From Eledone cirrhosa (Eukaryota), in contig OZ024757.1 of assembly GCA_964016885.1 (NCBI GenBank), positions 30,566,001 through 30,630,000 of the forward strand: a stretch of 64,000 bases of DNA, written 5' to 3'. The translations under genes and the position numbers were made by a program. Positions 45,805-60,356 of this stretch are shown here, one piece after another (within the stretch, counting starts at the first letter, position 1; each line of letters opens with the position of its first letter). The notes beneath the pieces were generated by a model. That model searched no databases. It was given only the letters and a program-made list of their open reading frames with translations, and was not told the DNA's origin.

Positions 45805-47610
45805 AATCAGGAAAAAAAAAAAAGAATATATGTATATATGGTTGCGGCATCTGTATGTATGATTTTGTGTAACAATTTAGTGACGTAGAAGAGAAAAAGA
45901 AATGGTGTATAAATGTGTGTGTGTGAAAACTGATCGGATATATATATATGTATAACAGTGTTGTAGTTTGATGAAGTATATATATATTCTCTTTCTCGAT
46001 CGAAAAAAAAAAACCCTCATCGTAATCCCCTGAAAAATGTACAACGTAATAGAGTTTATAGATGGAAAACCCTGCTCTAGCATATTTAGTGTTCTTCAAA
46101 TAAATGTTTTATATTTTGTATCTTGAAAATATGGAGTAGACGATCGCCAGAAATTCTCGATTTTGTATATTTCATTTTCATTCCCTTCGTTTATTTTCCA
46201 TGGCCAAATGTTAATTAATTCTACTAATTGTAACACCTATATAAATTGTCTTAATCTTTTTTTTGTTGTCTCTGCTACGAGAAAGGTTTTGGTTTGGTTG
46301 TTTTTCGTTTTATAAATTTCTTGGTCGTATTTCTAATGGAATACATTATTTCAATCAATTAATCCTTTCATTACCACATTTCTAATGAAATACAGTCTAT
46401 TTTAATTAATTAATAAAGGATTTTGAGGGATTTACTAAAATTATTATTTCGTTACTAAGAGAGTAACTTAATGTAAGGTTCTTATATAAAATTATGTTGG
46501 AAGATTTAAATATAAATTGGAAACCTTTAAAATGGGTGGTTATATTTCATAGAATCAAAGCCGGGTTGGTAACTAAAGGGTTAATGAAGAATTGTGTGGG
46601 ATTTACTAAGATTATTAATTATTTCATTAAACTAAGATGGTTATTGAACATAGACATATATATAGTTCTTAAATAAATTATGTTAGAAGATTTTAATTTA
46701 AATAGGAACCCTTTGAAATGTCTGGTCTTCTTTCATACAAACCAGAACCTGTCTAATATCAATTAAGTTCAATGCCCCAGGTCAACTTTGAACGAGCAGA
46801 TTTACGACCGAACAATTTCCGGTCGTGACCATCTCGTCTTTTTATGACGATCATCTAGTGTGTTTATCTGTGTGTTGCCTTTTCATCTTGAAATGGTTTG
46901 AAAGATTTCTATGCTATTTCTAGCAGGTCAAGCGATGACATAGAAGCTTCCTTCAGCATATTTTTTTAATATATATATATGTGTGTGTGTGTATGTATAT
47001 ATATATTTTTTTCTCATTGTATTGTGTTGTTTGCTTTATTGTTTCCCGTTTACGTTTCGCATATATATAAAGTATGTGTAGGTTGTCTGCAGATATACAT
47101 AATCTTACCAGCTTCAGTTCTGTTTTTTTATCCCCCAACATGCAATGTCGTAATTGGGTGAATGTGGAATGTCGGTTGCTATTTCTTTCTATATCGATCT
47201 ATCTGGTTAAAATGTGATTAGATATTGATTTCATATCAGTTTTCTTCATCTTTCGAGAGCCAAAAATGGTGTTTAGTCTCTTCAAACAAGTCCTATTCTT
47301 ACTCAAGCCCCCTGATCGACCCCCCTCTCCTCTTTTTCTATTTAAACATGCTATAATACATTGTCCACCATTAATCTCGGAAATTTGTCTAAGACATAAT
47401 CGAGATGATAGATGTATAATGTTTAAACATTTTATTTCGTATAATATTGTCTTGGTGTTTCTGGCGACTACGTTTAATGGCTAATACATATATTAGATGA
47501 AGCTAATCTCCGTCTGTTATATATTTGTGTGTGTATATATATATATATAATTTGTGTCTGTAAGTATACATATATGTATAAAAGCAATAACGATGGCATT
47601 TAAAGAACGG

Positions 47611-47651
<41 letters not shown>

Positions 47652-49187
47652 CGTATTTCCGTTATATATCTCTAATCCTTCCATACGTTACGATTCATGA
47701 ACCTCAAGTTTCGTCCGCTGTGCTCACTACTCAGTATGATGAAATATTTGCTTTAATCTACGTATTTCATGTTTTTAAATGTTTTTTTTTTTTTGTGCTT
47801 AGTTTACAATGTAATATAATCTGCTGAACATGGATATTTAAAAAAATTAAATTTACATCTCATAACTATATAGGTTTAGCTGGCCGGCTAGATCTATCTC
47901 ATTGGAGGTTTATTGCATGCTTTAACGATAAGGGGCTCCCAATTCTATCATGTTGGTGTTACACGTTACCCCCTATGTAGTGTTTTAACGATAGGGGTCT
48001 CAGTCATATTATGAAAAAGCAACATGAAATGATGTCTTGCTCAAGGACACAATTGGATGTCCAGTTCAGGAATCAAATTAAAGTCTAAGGCCAGATCGTG
48101 AGTTCAGCACTCTAACCACTAGACCACGCGAGAAGAAACTTGTTTTTTGACCCTCCATTGTCATATGACAAGGTTTCGTTTAATTTATTCGATGATTTTA
48201 AGTGTAGTTTTGTATTTTCCTCTCTAGTATCTTTCTTGTGTATCTCTTGTGTTCTGGAGAGTTGCAGACTGATTTATGTAATGTTTCTGATCAAAGCATA
48301 TAATTCCCTTAAGTGTCTTGGAGAACCTATTGGTTCAGAACCAATGTTTGTAGATATGAAAATCGATACAGCATTACCGAATATTAATTAGGTTACTTGT
48401 GGGATTTAAACGATTGGGGTGCCTCCTTAGGCTTTCATGTGGTTTGGGTTCCCATCTTACACCCCGCTACAGCTGACAGCTTGGGTTGTATTAACCGATG
48501 GCCAAGCTTCTAGTTTTCGGGCTTCCACCCAACAGCTAAAATAATATAAAAAAACGGGTTCCTTAGTCTTCAGGCTAGTCAGCCTTATTTATTAAGGTGG
48601 GGCTGAATGCAGTGAAATTAATACCAATTCTTGAGAGAAATGGGTTACGCCAACACTATCTCCCAACGGCAACATTACATAACTTTGTTCAACATTTCCC
48701 CCAGAAGTATCTCTATATCTCTAACTATTAAAGACCGAAGGTATTGAATAATGTATTAAATTACTATATTTTGTAATACTGTATTACGTAGTTTTTTTGT
48801 ATTTCTTTTTTCTTGTTGATATGTCAATATCCGATTTCTTTCTTGCTTCTCTCGCTCCGGCGTGTATTTTTACACACATACACACAAACATGTATATACA
48901 CAGAGAGATACATTCTCGTACATAGGTGATTCTTCGCATTTCATACATGAACTTAAACGTAATTAAATACAACCACGAACGTCATTAAAATTCCCCAAAG
49001 TATGATGCTGTTTCAAATATAAATATGTATGTGTAGTGTGTACGTATATGTAAGCATGTATATATATGTATGTATGTAAGCATGTGTATGTATATATATA
49101 TGTATATAATGGTAGTATAATAGTGATCGGCCCTTTATTTTTAGTTCTTTTTTAATGATCACTCAGAACCATAAAAGATTATCTTTT

Positions 49188-49470
49188 AAAAGTTAGTTCT
49201 AGCTCTCTGGAATGAACTCCTCAGGATATCAAGCATTATAGCATTATAAGGGGGTGGGGGCCTTCTCTAAGTCGGTTCCAGTTCTCTGGAATGGGCTCAA
49301 CATGGTACCAAACACTAGAGTTTAGAGCTGTGGTGACGAGGGAGGTGGGGGGAACCTTCTTAAAGTCAGCTCTATCTTTCTGGAATGAACTCCTCATGTT
49401 ACTAAGTTCTAGAATGTTGGGTTGGGGGCCTTCTCTAAGTCATCTCCAGCTCTCTGAAATGAGCTTCCCC
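49188..49470. repeat. Degenerate 75-95 bp tandem repeat, 4 units
   Basis: Recurring ggggg(c/a)(c/a)..ttct..aagtc...ctctctggaatga core. Confidence 0.7.
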
Positions 49471-52400
49471 TGTCTGTGCCAACTACATCGCCTGTGTCAG
49501 TTTTCAAATTAAATCAGAAAACGTTTATCTTTTCAGAATATACCAACATGTTTGTATAAGTATAAATAAATGAATGGTCGGTTAGAGTGTCTGTGGACAT
49601 TTCATTTTCGTTTTGATGGATTTATGCTTTATCATCATCATCATCATCATCTGTAACATAAACATAACATATTAGCTAGAGATTGAAACCAAGTACCGAC
49701 TGTTTACAATGACTCAAGGACTGCCGAGTATCCGAACAGTACCAACGAAAACTGTTTTGTTTTTGTAGTAGGTGTAGGTGTCCAATTTTCAAATTATTAT
49801 TATAAAGGGACCGTCACCATGGGTTTGGACACCGGGTTTGTGGAGGGAGTGGGGCATGATCCAATGTAGAAACAACCAGTAATGTATAGTCGAAGTTTCT
49901 AATCATAACACTGTCGTCATATTTGAACGTGTGGCCTCTCAAATCACCAGTGCACACTGTACTTCGGTTGATCTTTTCCGAGAGTTTCATGTAGGATTGA
50001 TGTTGCCGAGACAAGAACTATCTGAACTTACTAACCACTAACTACTTAATTAAATGTTTTGATTATAGTTTGTATGTATGTAGATATCGCGAATGATACA
50101 ACATACCCGGACAGTGTTGGAGAACATTCTATGTCACTAACTCTATCTTTCTATCTATCTATCTATCTATCTATCTCTCTCTCTATATATATATACACAC
50201 ATACACATGACAATCTGGATTTAAAGTCACATGGTGAAAATGACATGTGCTATTGGTGCTAAACGAAAACGAACGTTATCTAACCCATCTGTATAAATGA
50301 TGATAAAATCTCTGATTTATTATGAAAAGAAAATATAATATTCAATGAAGAATTAATTAAAATCGAGTGATTTAATGTCAGAGACATGGTAAAGATTATA
50401 TGAAAGTATACTAGTGTCTGATACGTTGAAAAATATTTGGATAAAAGTATTTGTGACTAACTATATTAGCAAAATTCCTGCGTTATTTTTACCGGCGGAG
50501 ATTTACGTCAGTTTTTTTTTCTCCCACCCTTATTAGAGAGATATTTTCTGGCAGGTTGCCCTTCCTCATGCCAACCTATATTTTAGTCTAACTGTGGTAT
50601 ATGTTGCTAATGTTTTGTCGAACCGCTAAGTTGCTGGACATATTGTTATGGGAGGCATATACAGCTGTCACCGTGTGCTTTTTATAATCGGTGTCGTTCA
50701 TGGTGACTGGCGTTGTACACATATGCACAAATGCAATGGGCTTCCTTACAGTTTCCGTCTACTAAATAATTCACTCACGGCTCATTACTATAATGAAAAA
50801 TATCTGCCCAAAGTGCCATGCAGTGAGATTGAACCTAAAATCGTGTGAATCCGAAGCGAACTTTTTAACCGTTTTCAAAAGAAAACGACTGGCTTGGAAG
50901 TTATAACTGCTATAGTTTTTTGTATATAAAATATAATCTATACGTTTTTTCAACTTCAAGTAACAATTTCCTCATGAATTGTACTTTTATTTTCTGGAAA
51001 ACTATTTTCTTTTATGACAATAGCTGTAAAAACCGAAAATAAGTGTAAAATTGCACATACATGTACACCAGGAACACAGAGGAACCAAACTCCCACTGTC
51101 ATCGCCTCCGTCTCTCCCGTCCTCCCATCTCTTACTATTATGAGCAAATGAGGTCCCACGCGCTGGCGCAGAATAGAGATGGCGTTTCCCCGGAGGATGG
51201 TGATGGAGATGTTCTGAGAGTCATTCCAGCCCTGCGCCGGTATAATGGATAATATACGCCTTAACGATTGAGATAATAGACTCCAGTCATGAAACCTTAA
51301 GGTAGCAATATAATGTTTTAAGTGTACGAATCATGTATATATATATATATAAGGATTCGAACACATTCGAAGTTAAGGGTCGAAACACTCGCTTGAGGGT
51401 CGGAGTTTCTTCTCTGAAGACCTTCTGGTGTCCAGCTATCCTGAGAGTTTCTTACCGCTATATATGTCTGTGTGTGTGTATATATGTCTGTGTATATGTA
51501 TGTTTAGAAAATTTCACTGCGTTCTTGTTTAAACTAATCTAAGTTGGTTTATGTTTCTACGCTGTAATATTTGAACGATCGTGTCTACCTACTACATGTA
51601 TAGCCAAGTACTGAACTGTTTACCATCGTCCCTTTTGAATATTGTTGTTTAGAAACTGGTATTACACAACCAAACATTATAATAGTAATTATTTAGTTTT
51701 ATGGGTGTTCTGCTTTGGCTTTAGAACAACCAATCTTTTAATGTTTAATTTTCTTATTTCATTGTCAATTTAATGATTTATTAAATTTAGTCCACGTTTG
51801 CAAATATCTACGTTTGTATATGTGAGCATATGTTTGTATATGATGTGTGATTTAACCATATAGTTTGTATATTCATTTTCAGGTCGATGTTTTCTGTATT
51901 AAAATACTGTTGATGTAACACACACACACATACACACACACTCTTTAACATCTTGTAATAATTTAACAGAAAATATCTGATTCAAATATTTATAGTATAT
52001 GGACAGATTGTTGTGAAAATTTGCAGGATTAGAGTAAAGACTTTAATTTTTAATGTGATGTACTTTTGTCGTTTAAAACATTCTGGAAAGCCGTCATGAG
52101 ATGCCACAAACTAGAGATGCCGGCCAAACCTGCACACAGGTGTGAGCCGCAGAAACAATTATTTATATTTGGGTGTTTAAATCTTCAAAACTCCTAGCAT
52201 GAACATCGTTTTGTTATCATTGTGAAGTTGTAAAGTTTTTTTATCTTCTGTTCGCCCTGTAGTAGTAACAATCTGTTCGATTCTGCTGTGTTGATGTGAT
52301 TATATGGACATGACATGTTATAATTGTGACTCAGGGTGGGTCTTCTACATATGTAATGTTTAAATCATTCTCTGCTATATATATATTTTATTTTTTATTG

Positions 52401-53030
52401 ATTTATTTTTGTGTTTTTGTAATAAATATGTCAATAACATTTTTTGTTTGTTATTTATTTGTATTTTGTTGTATATATTCTGGTATTAAGCGTGTTAGAA
52501 TCATGCGAACACACACATATATATATATATTACTTAGACAAGCTTGTTGTTAATGGTATATTAGTAGGTCTATTGATATGTTGGACCCCTGACAAGTCTT
52601 TTGTTAGGCATGAATAAATTAATTATTTTTTAGTCTGTTAATGTATTCCTATATGCATGCTTCTGTTGGTGTTTTCTCCTCCTTCCTCATCAAATTATAT
52701 ATTGGGTGCAATATACTCCTTCCTAGCTATCACAGGGCATGAGTTTTTAAAAAAAACGTTTCATTGGATTTTCTTGTTCACCTACCACCCACCACCACTA
52801 CGTTTATGGATATGTTTTAACATATTAAGCATGCTATTTCATTAGCAGCAGATGGTTTGGTTTAAAAGTTATTTTTTTTCCTCTTGTAATGCTTGGTGAA
52901 GTTCTGTGGTTTTATGAACTAATATGAAAGCTTATTCAGCACAGCCTATACACACAATCCTTGAATATGGACAATGTCGTGTCATTTTACACATTTCCAT
53001 TTTGCTCAAAAGAAGAAAAATTTCTTTGGA

Positions 53031-53061
<31 letters not shown>

Positions 53062-54239
53062 ACAGTTTCTGTTTTGTTAAATTAAGCACTGGGATAAGAC
53101 CTAAGGTCGAAGCCTTCACCCGAAATACTTTGTTTCTGAAGATATCAATATTTTTGCTGGCAAGGTGGCAAATTGGCAGGTGTTTGAAGACTTTGTGGTA
53201 TTCATTCCGGCTATCTGAATTCAAGGACCAGTCCAGTAGTTGATTCTTCTTCCTCTCCCTGGAAGAAATTAGCTGTGTTTTTCAGGCTTAAATGCCTGAA
53301 ACATGTCATTGATCCCCCTCTCCTTGTGAGTGGATAATCAAATTTACAGCTCACATTTATGCAGGGTTAACTTGCCTCATACAATGTTTTATATATCAGG
53401 TCTTTTAATGATAGGGGGCCCCCAGTCCTATCATGTTGCTTCAGCCCACCTATGCAGATTTAGTTGGTCTCATACAGGGTTGTCTTAAAGGTTTCTCAGA
53501 CATTTTAATGAAATCTTACTTGGTCCAGGAATCAAAGCCATGTCTTTAATATTATGAGAACTCTTCAGATATTGCTGATGAAGAAAAGAAAAATTGTTTC
53601 TTTAACTCTTAAGCATTTACTCTATTGTATTTTTGCGGTAAAGGCTTTATTTCACATGATATCGAATCTACAAACTTTTAATGATATTTATTTTAATACA
53701 TCGGTGTTAGTATCCGGTTATGACCAATCTGAAAAGAAAAAGGTGAGAGAATTCTGACCGGATATGGTCGAGTTAAATGAATGTTAAATATTTTCTCTAT
53801 TCACAACTTCATAAACTTACGGCGGGAGACAGCGAATTCTAGTCGTATTAAAATGATTAGATTTGACAGTGAATGTTTTGGAATTTCTATAATATTTTTG
53901 AGATATTTTTTGAAGAGTTGGAAAACGATATTGGTATGTGTGATATGTTGAAATCTGGGCATGAATTATATTGATTTTATCACGCAGAGACAATTGTAGC
54001 AAGGTTATAGAAAAAGATGCATCATTTTCTATATTTCACAAATTTATTGAAATTGTAAAGCTTCAACAGAAAATAATAAGGAACAGATCATTGTATTTTC
54101 AAAGGGATAGCTGAGTTTCTGTTATTTATTGTTTTATGTCTGTTTTCAATGGCAGCATGGGTTGTCATGTTCTGAGCCCAGACTGGTCAAATGACTACGT
54201 GTTGGTCATATATTTTATTTTGGTGTAGTGTCTATGACT

Positions 54240-54520
54240 GGACACCAACCATTTTGTAGTGTGTACTGGGTACATTTGATCAAGGCACCAGCATTAACAC
54301 TACAGTGTATGCTGGGTGCATTTTGTATCGTGGTAGTAGCACTGACTTAACAGAGTGGGCTAAGTGCATTTTATTGTAGCACCAACATCACCTCTTTACA
54401 AAGTGGACTGGGTGCAGTTTATGGTGGCACTAGTACTTTACAAGGAAGGCTGGGTGCATTTTACAGGGACACCAGCACTAATACTTTACAGAGTGGACTG
54501 AGTGCATTTTCTTATGGCAT
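54240..54520. repeat. About 43-bp tandem repeat derived from an internal SINE segment
   Basis: Units ..tttacagagtggactgggtgcatttt..tggcaccagcac, resembling the segment next to the Meta-like core. Confidence 0.7.
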
Positions 54521-56102
54521 TATTTTAGTGAAGGTTGCTGGTTTTTTTGTTTTTCCAATTTTTAGTTCATGTGAGCAGCAGCAACATTATTTGAATGTTA
54601 ATCATGAATTTGGTCAATGTTTAGGTGAAATTATCTTGGTTTCTGAATCGCTTCTATTGCCTATTGTTACATCATTCAAAAAAATGCCTTGTGGTATTTA
54701 TTCTGTTTTCTGTGCTCTCAGATCTAATCGAGGGAAAGTTTGCCTTTCATTATAAGGGATGGGGGTCGATTGATAAAGAACTAATTTAAGACAGGAGCCT
54801 AGCAGCATTATGAGAATATCTGGGGTGAGGGACCTTGTATTTTGTTCAGGCTCTTTACAGTCTGGGTTCAAATTCTGATGTGGCTTATTTGGGTGGTAGG
54901 CTTAATCTGTCAGCTGTTTGAGCGCCATTAGCCTCTAGTAGAATCCAGTCTGTTGCATTTGTACCAGTACCAGGTCTCTTGGTTTAAAGACCTTCCTCTA
55001 ACCAGTCTCTCAGGATCTGCAAAGAGTTATGGGTACTGCCAATCTCTTTGTGGCTAAACAAAGAAATATAATATATTTATATAGAAACATCACCGTTAAA
55101 TGTCTTTTTCCATGGTAGCATGGGTTAGATGAGTTGTCCCATTGTGAGATAGGCCAGGTTAGGTGACCATGTCTTGTTCGTACAGAACTGAGTTTGGCTC
55201 CTTGAATTACAAGTACAACTCATTTTTTGCTAGCTGAATGGACTGGAGAATTGAAATATAGCATTTTGCTCAGGGATATAACATGCTGCCTAGTCTGGGA
55301 ATTGAACTTACGACCATGAACCGAACTAACTGATGACAATTGTAGAGCCTTTACAATCACACACATAAATTGGTTTTTGTCAATTTTAATATTTAGTCTC
55401 TTGGGAATAAATATATATATATCATTTGCTGTATAGTCATAAATGTCATTCTTTTGATAGTTATGACTTCGAATTAACTTTGCTTATCTATTTTAATATT
55501 ACTATTAAATCAAGAAATGACGGTTAACGCTTTCATTACCATATTTCTAAAGAAAGACATCTATGGTTTTCAATTAATTTTGAAAAATAATCGGGAATTT
55601 GAAGGGATTTAGGAATATAACTGACTTAAGAAGTTGGTGTTTTCATTACCATATTTCTAATCAGACATTGCAGGAATTTGGAGGGATTTAGAAATATATA
55701 ACTTTCTTACCATCAAGATAAATATAACACTTTATAACAAACAGCTTTGTATCATAGACCTAGACCTATGTACAGTGCAGTTTAAAGCAGTTTGATATCA
55801 AAAGGGTTAAACTATAGCAAAAATTTGCTTTTGCAACTGAGAAGCAAAATTCTTTTAAGAAATAGTCTCTCGTAAAATGTCGAAATGAGTTGAAATTGTA
55901 TATTTTGCATGATTCATAGACTATGTTACTGTTTATGTATATAGTAGTGCATAGAAGTTGAAATTGCACTGAGGTAACACAAGTCGAATTATCTATACAC
56001 TCAATGATGCAAGAAATAAATTCCTTGCATTACTAGACTACGATATTAGAGAGAAACACCATGAATATTTTGACTGCACATATGCCACTTAGAATACATA
56101 AG

Positions 56103-56107
<5 letters not shown>

Positions 56108-56166
<59 letters not shown>

Positions 56167-56216
56167 TTTATATATATATATATATATTTATATATTATAT
56201 ATATATATATATATAA

Positions 56217-56262
<46 letters not shown>

Positions 56263-56874
56263 TATATATATATTTATATATTATATATATATATATTATT
56301 ATATATGATGATGATGATATATTATATATATATTATATATATATATATTATAGATATATATATAATATATGTATATATATATAATATATGTATATATTAT
56401 ATTATATATATTATATATAATATATGTATATATATTATATATAATATATATATATATATTATATTATATATAATATATTATATATATATATTATATTATA
56501 TATAATATATTATATATATATTATATTATATATAATATATTATATATTATATTATATATAATATATGTATATATTATATTATATATATTATATATAATAT
56601 ATGTATATATTATATTATATATATTATATATAATATATGTATATATATTATATATTATATATATATATTATATTATATATAATATATTATATATTATATT
56701 ATATATATTATATATAATATATTTATATATATATATATATTATATTATATATAATATATTTATATATAGTAATAATAATAAAATTGAAGACTAAAATAGA
56801 GTTTCAGAAGATCCCGTTAAGGGTGAAAGCAGCGATTCTTTGCTTAAACTTTAATCTGTTATTTTAATAAATAT

Positions 56875-56906
<32 letters not shown>

Positions 56907-57570
56907 ATGTTATATATATATATATATTATATATATGTTATATATATATATATATATTACATATATATATATATATATTATATATATTATATATATATAT
57001 AATATATATATATATTATATATATATATATATTATATATAGATATATTATATATATATATTTTATATATATAATATATATATTATATATATATATATTAT
57101 ATAATTGTTTCTACTTTAGGCACAAGGCCAGCAAATACCCAGTTCATTACTGGTACTTTATTTTATCGACCCCCGTAAGGATGAAAGGCAAAGTCAACCT
57201 CGGTGGGATTTGAACTCAGATCGTAAGGGGACGTAACTATGCTGGAAAGCATGGCGTCCGACCCTCCACCGATACTGCCAATCCACCGCCTTATTATTAT
57301 ATAATATATATATATATATATTATATATATATCATATATATATATTATATATAATATATATATATATTATATATAATATATATATATTATATAATATATA
57401 TATATTATATATAATATATATATTATATAATATATATATATTATATATAATATATATATATTATATATATATATATATAATATATATATATTATATATAA
57501 TATATATATATTATATATAATATATATATATTATATAATATATATATATTATATATATATATTATATATA

Positions 57571-57601
<31 letters not shown>

Positions 57602-58082
57602 ATTATATTATATATATTATATATATTATATTATATATATATAATATATTATATATATATATATTATATTATATATAATATATATATATTATATTATATA
57701 TATTATATATATTATATATTATATATACATATATATATATATATTAAATATATATATATTATATTTATATATTATATATATATATATATTATATATTATA
57801 TATTATATATATATATATTATATATATATATATTATATATTATATATATATATATTATATATTATATATATATTATATATTATATATTATATATATATAT
57901 TATATATATATATATTATATATGTAAATATAATTATATATATATTATATATTATATATATATTATATATTATATATATATATATTATATATGTAAATATA
58001 ATTATATATATATTATATATTATATATATATTATATATGTATATATAATGATTATATATATATTATATATTTTTTATATATA
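56108..58082. repeat. Long degenerate (TA)n/TATTA low-complexity tract interrupted by a SINE; further tracts at 59410-59735, 60295-60475 and 62290-62700
   Basis: Seen directly. Confidence 0.95.
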
Positions 58083-59208
58083 TCATCATCATCGTTTAAC
58101 GTCCATCTTCCACGCTTGCATGGGTTTGGACGGGAGTTTTCCCACTTGAGGCAAGAGTGGTTGTCTTGCTCGCATAGGATATTATATATATATATTATAT
58201 CATCATCATCATCATCACTTTACGTCCGCTTTTCCCTGCTTGATATATATTATATATATATATATATTTATATATATTATATATCATCATTGTTTAACGT
58301 CTATCTTCCACACTAGCATGGGTTTGGATGGTAATTTTCCCACTTGAGGCAAGATTGGTTGTCTCGCTCGTATAGGACTGTCTGGCTTGATTTCTACGGC
58401 TGGATGCCCTTCCTAACTCCAACCACATTTACAGTATAAATGTGGACTAGGAGGTTTTTACCGTGTTACCTCCACGGCCACATTACAGCGTGGACTGTGT
58501 GTTTTTTTGTCGTGACACCTACACGACCTCATTTATTTAGGACTGGATGTTTTGGTACCAACATCTATATATATATACATATATTTATATACAAAGTTTT
58601 ATTAGTATCATGCTTAGGAGGAAGTAAAGGAGGGTTTGATGCTTATGATGTAAGTCCTTCAGGAAATGGAGAACAGGTAGGAACATCGTAATTTGGAACA
58701 GGTTTTAAGGTTGTGGGATGGTAGGTGAGTGGTCTGGGATTCAGAAGTGGGAGTCAAGGTGTGCCATTGGTGTGAATTTCATAGGTGTACATATATATAT
58801 ATTATATATATAACGAAGAAAATGTGGTAAGGAACCAGGTGGACCATAACGCACCAAAGTACTCAATACTTAGGGTAGTAGAGTGGGTAATAGGAACGAG
58901 TAGGACCCCGACGGCTGAGCTCAAGCCGTTTCGACGGCTAAATCTGGTCTAGTCCAGAATTAGCCGTCGTATAGGTGTCACGACAAAAAAAAAAGCAGTC
59001 CACGCTGTAATGTGGCAGTGTAGGTAACACGGTAAAAACCTCCCAGTGCACACTGTAAACGTGGTTAGTGTTAGGAAGGGCATCCAGCCGTAGAAAACCA
59101 GCCAGACAGTCCTATACGAGCGAGACAACCAATCTTGCCTCAAGTGGGAAAATTACCGTCCAAACCCATGCTAGTGTGGAAGATGGACGTTAAACAATGA
59201 TGATATAT

Positions 59209-59241
<33 letters not shown>

Positions 59242-59455
59242 ATATATATCAAGCAGGGAAAAGCGGACGTAAAATGATGATGGTGATGATGATATAATAT
59301 ATATATATAATATCCTATGCGAGCAAGACAACCACTCTTGCCTCAAGAGTCCAGAATTAGCCGTAGAAACGGCTTGAGCTCAGCCGTCGGGGTCCTACTC
59401 GTTCCTATTATATATATACATATATATATATATATATTATATACATATATATATT

Positions 59456-59502
<47 letters not shown>

Positions 59503-59669
59503 TATTATATATATATGATATATTATATATATATATATTATTTATATAATATATTATATATATATATATTTTATATATATAATATATTATATATATAATA
59601 TATTATATATATATATATATATAAAATATATATTATATATATATGATATATTATATATATATGATATAT

Positions 59670-59701
<32 letters not shown>

Positions 59702-60293
59702 ATATTATTTATATATATATTATATATATATTTTATCATCATCATCATCGTTTAACGTCCGTTCCACGCTTGCATGGGTTTGGACGGGGATTTTCCCACT
59801 TGAGGCAAGAGTGGTTGTCTTGCTCGCATAGGACTGTCTGGCGGGTTTTCTACAGCTGGATGCCCTTCCTAACACCAACCACACTTACAGTGTGGGGCTG
59901 GGAGGTTTTTACCGTGTTGCCTACACGGCCACATTACAGCGTGGACTGTCTGGCGTGTTTTCTACAGCTGGATGCCCTTCCTAACACCAACCACATTTAC
60001 AGTGTGGGACTGGGAGGTTTTTACCGTGTTGCCTACACGGTCACATTACAGCGTGGACTGTGTGTTTTTTTGTTGTGACACCTACACGATCTCGTTTGTT
60101 TCGGCCTGGATGTTGTGGCACCAACATAACTTTGCATTGAAGGGGGCGGTGTGGATGGGGTGGGACGGGGGTTTATTTCCTTAGAGATGCCTACTGACTA
60201 GTAGGTTTTACTTTGTATTTAGGTGAGGCGGGTCTTCTCTGTTACTGAGTACTGCCAAAGGTTTCGGTCCAGTGACATTGTCTTGGAGAGGTG

Positions 60294-60356
<63 letters not shown>

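Noticed and set aside
49188-49470. Repeat-spacer pattern resembling a CRISPR array
   Set aside because: Repeats are degenerate, the spacers resemble each other, there are no cas genes and the context is eukaryotic.
49814-50014. CR1/L2-like LINE tail (DLRGHTFK)
   Set aside because: One short motif only; too weak to call.
51883-52139. Candidate exon with acceptor ttttcag and short ORF ending cag|gtgtga
   Set aside because: Its 3' part is a decayed unit of the ~100-bp cassette (ggcc..aaacctgca..caggtgtgagc), and no protein similarity is recognisable.
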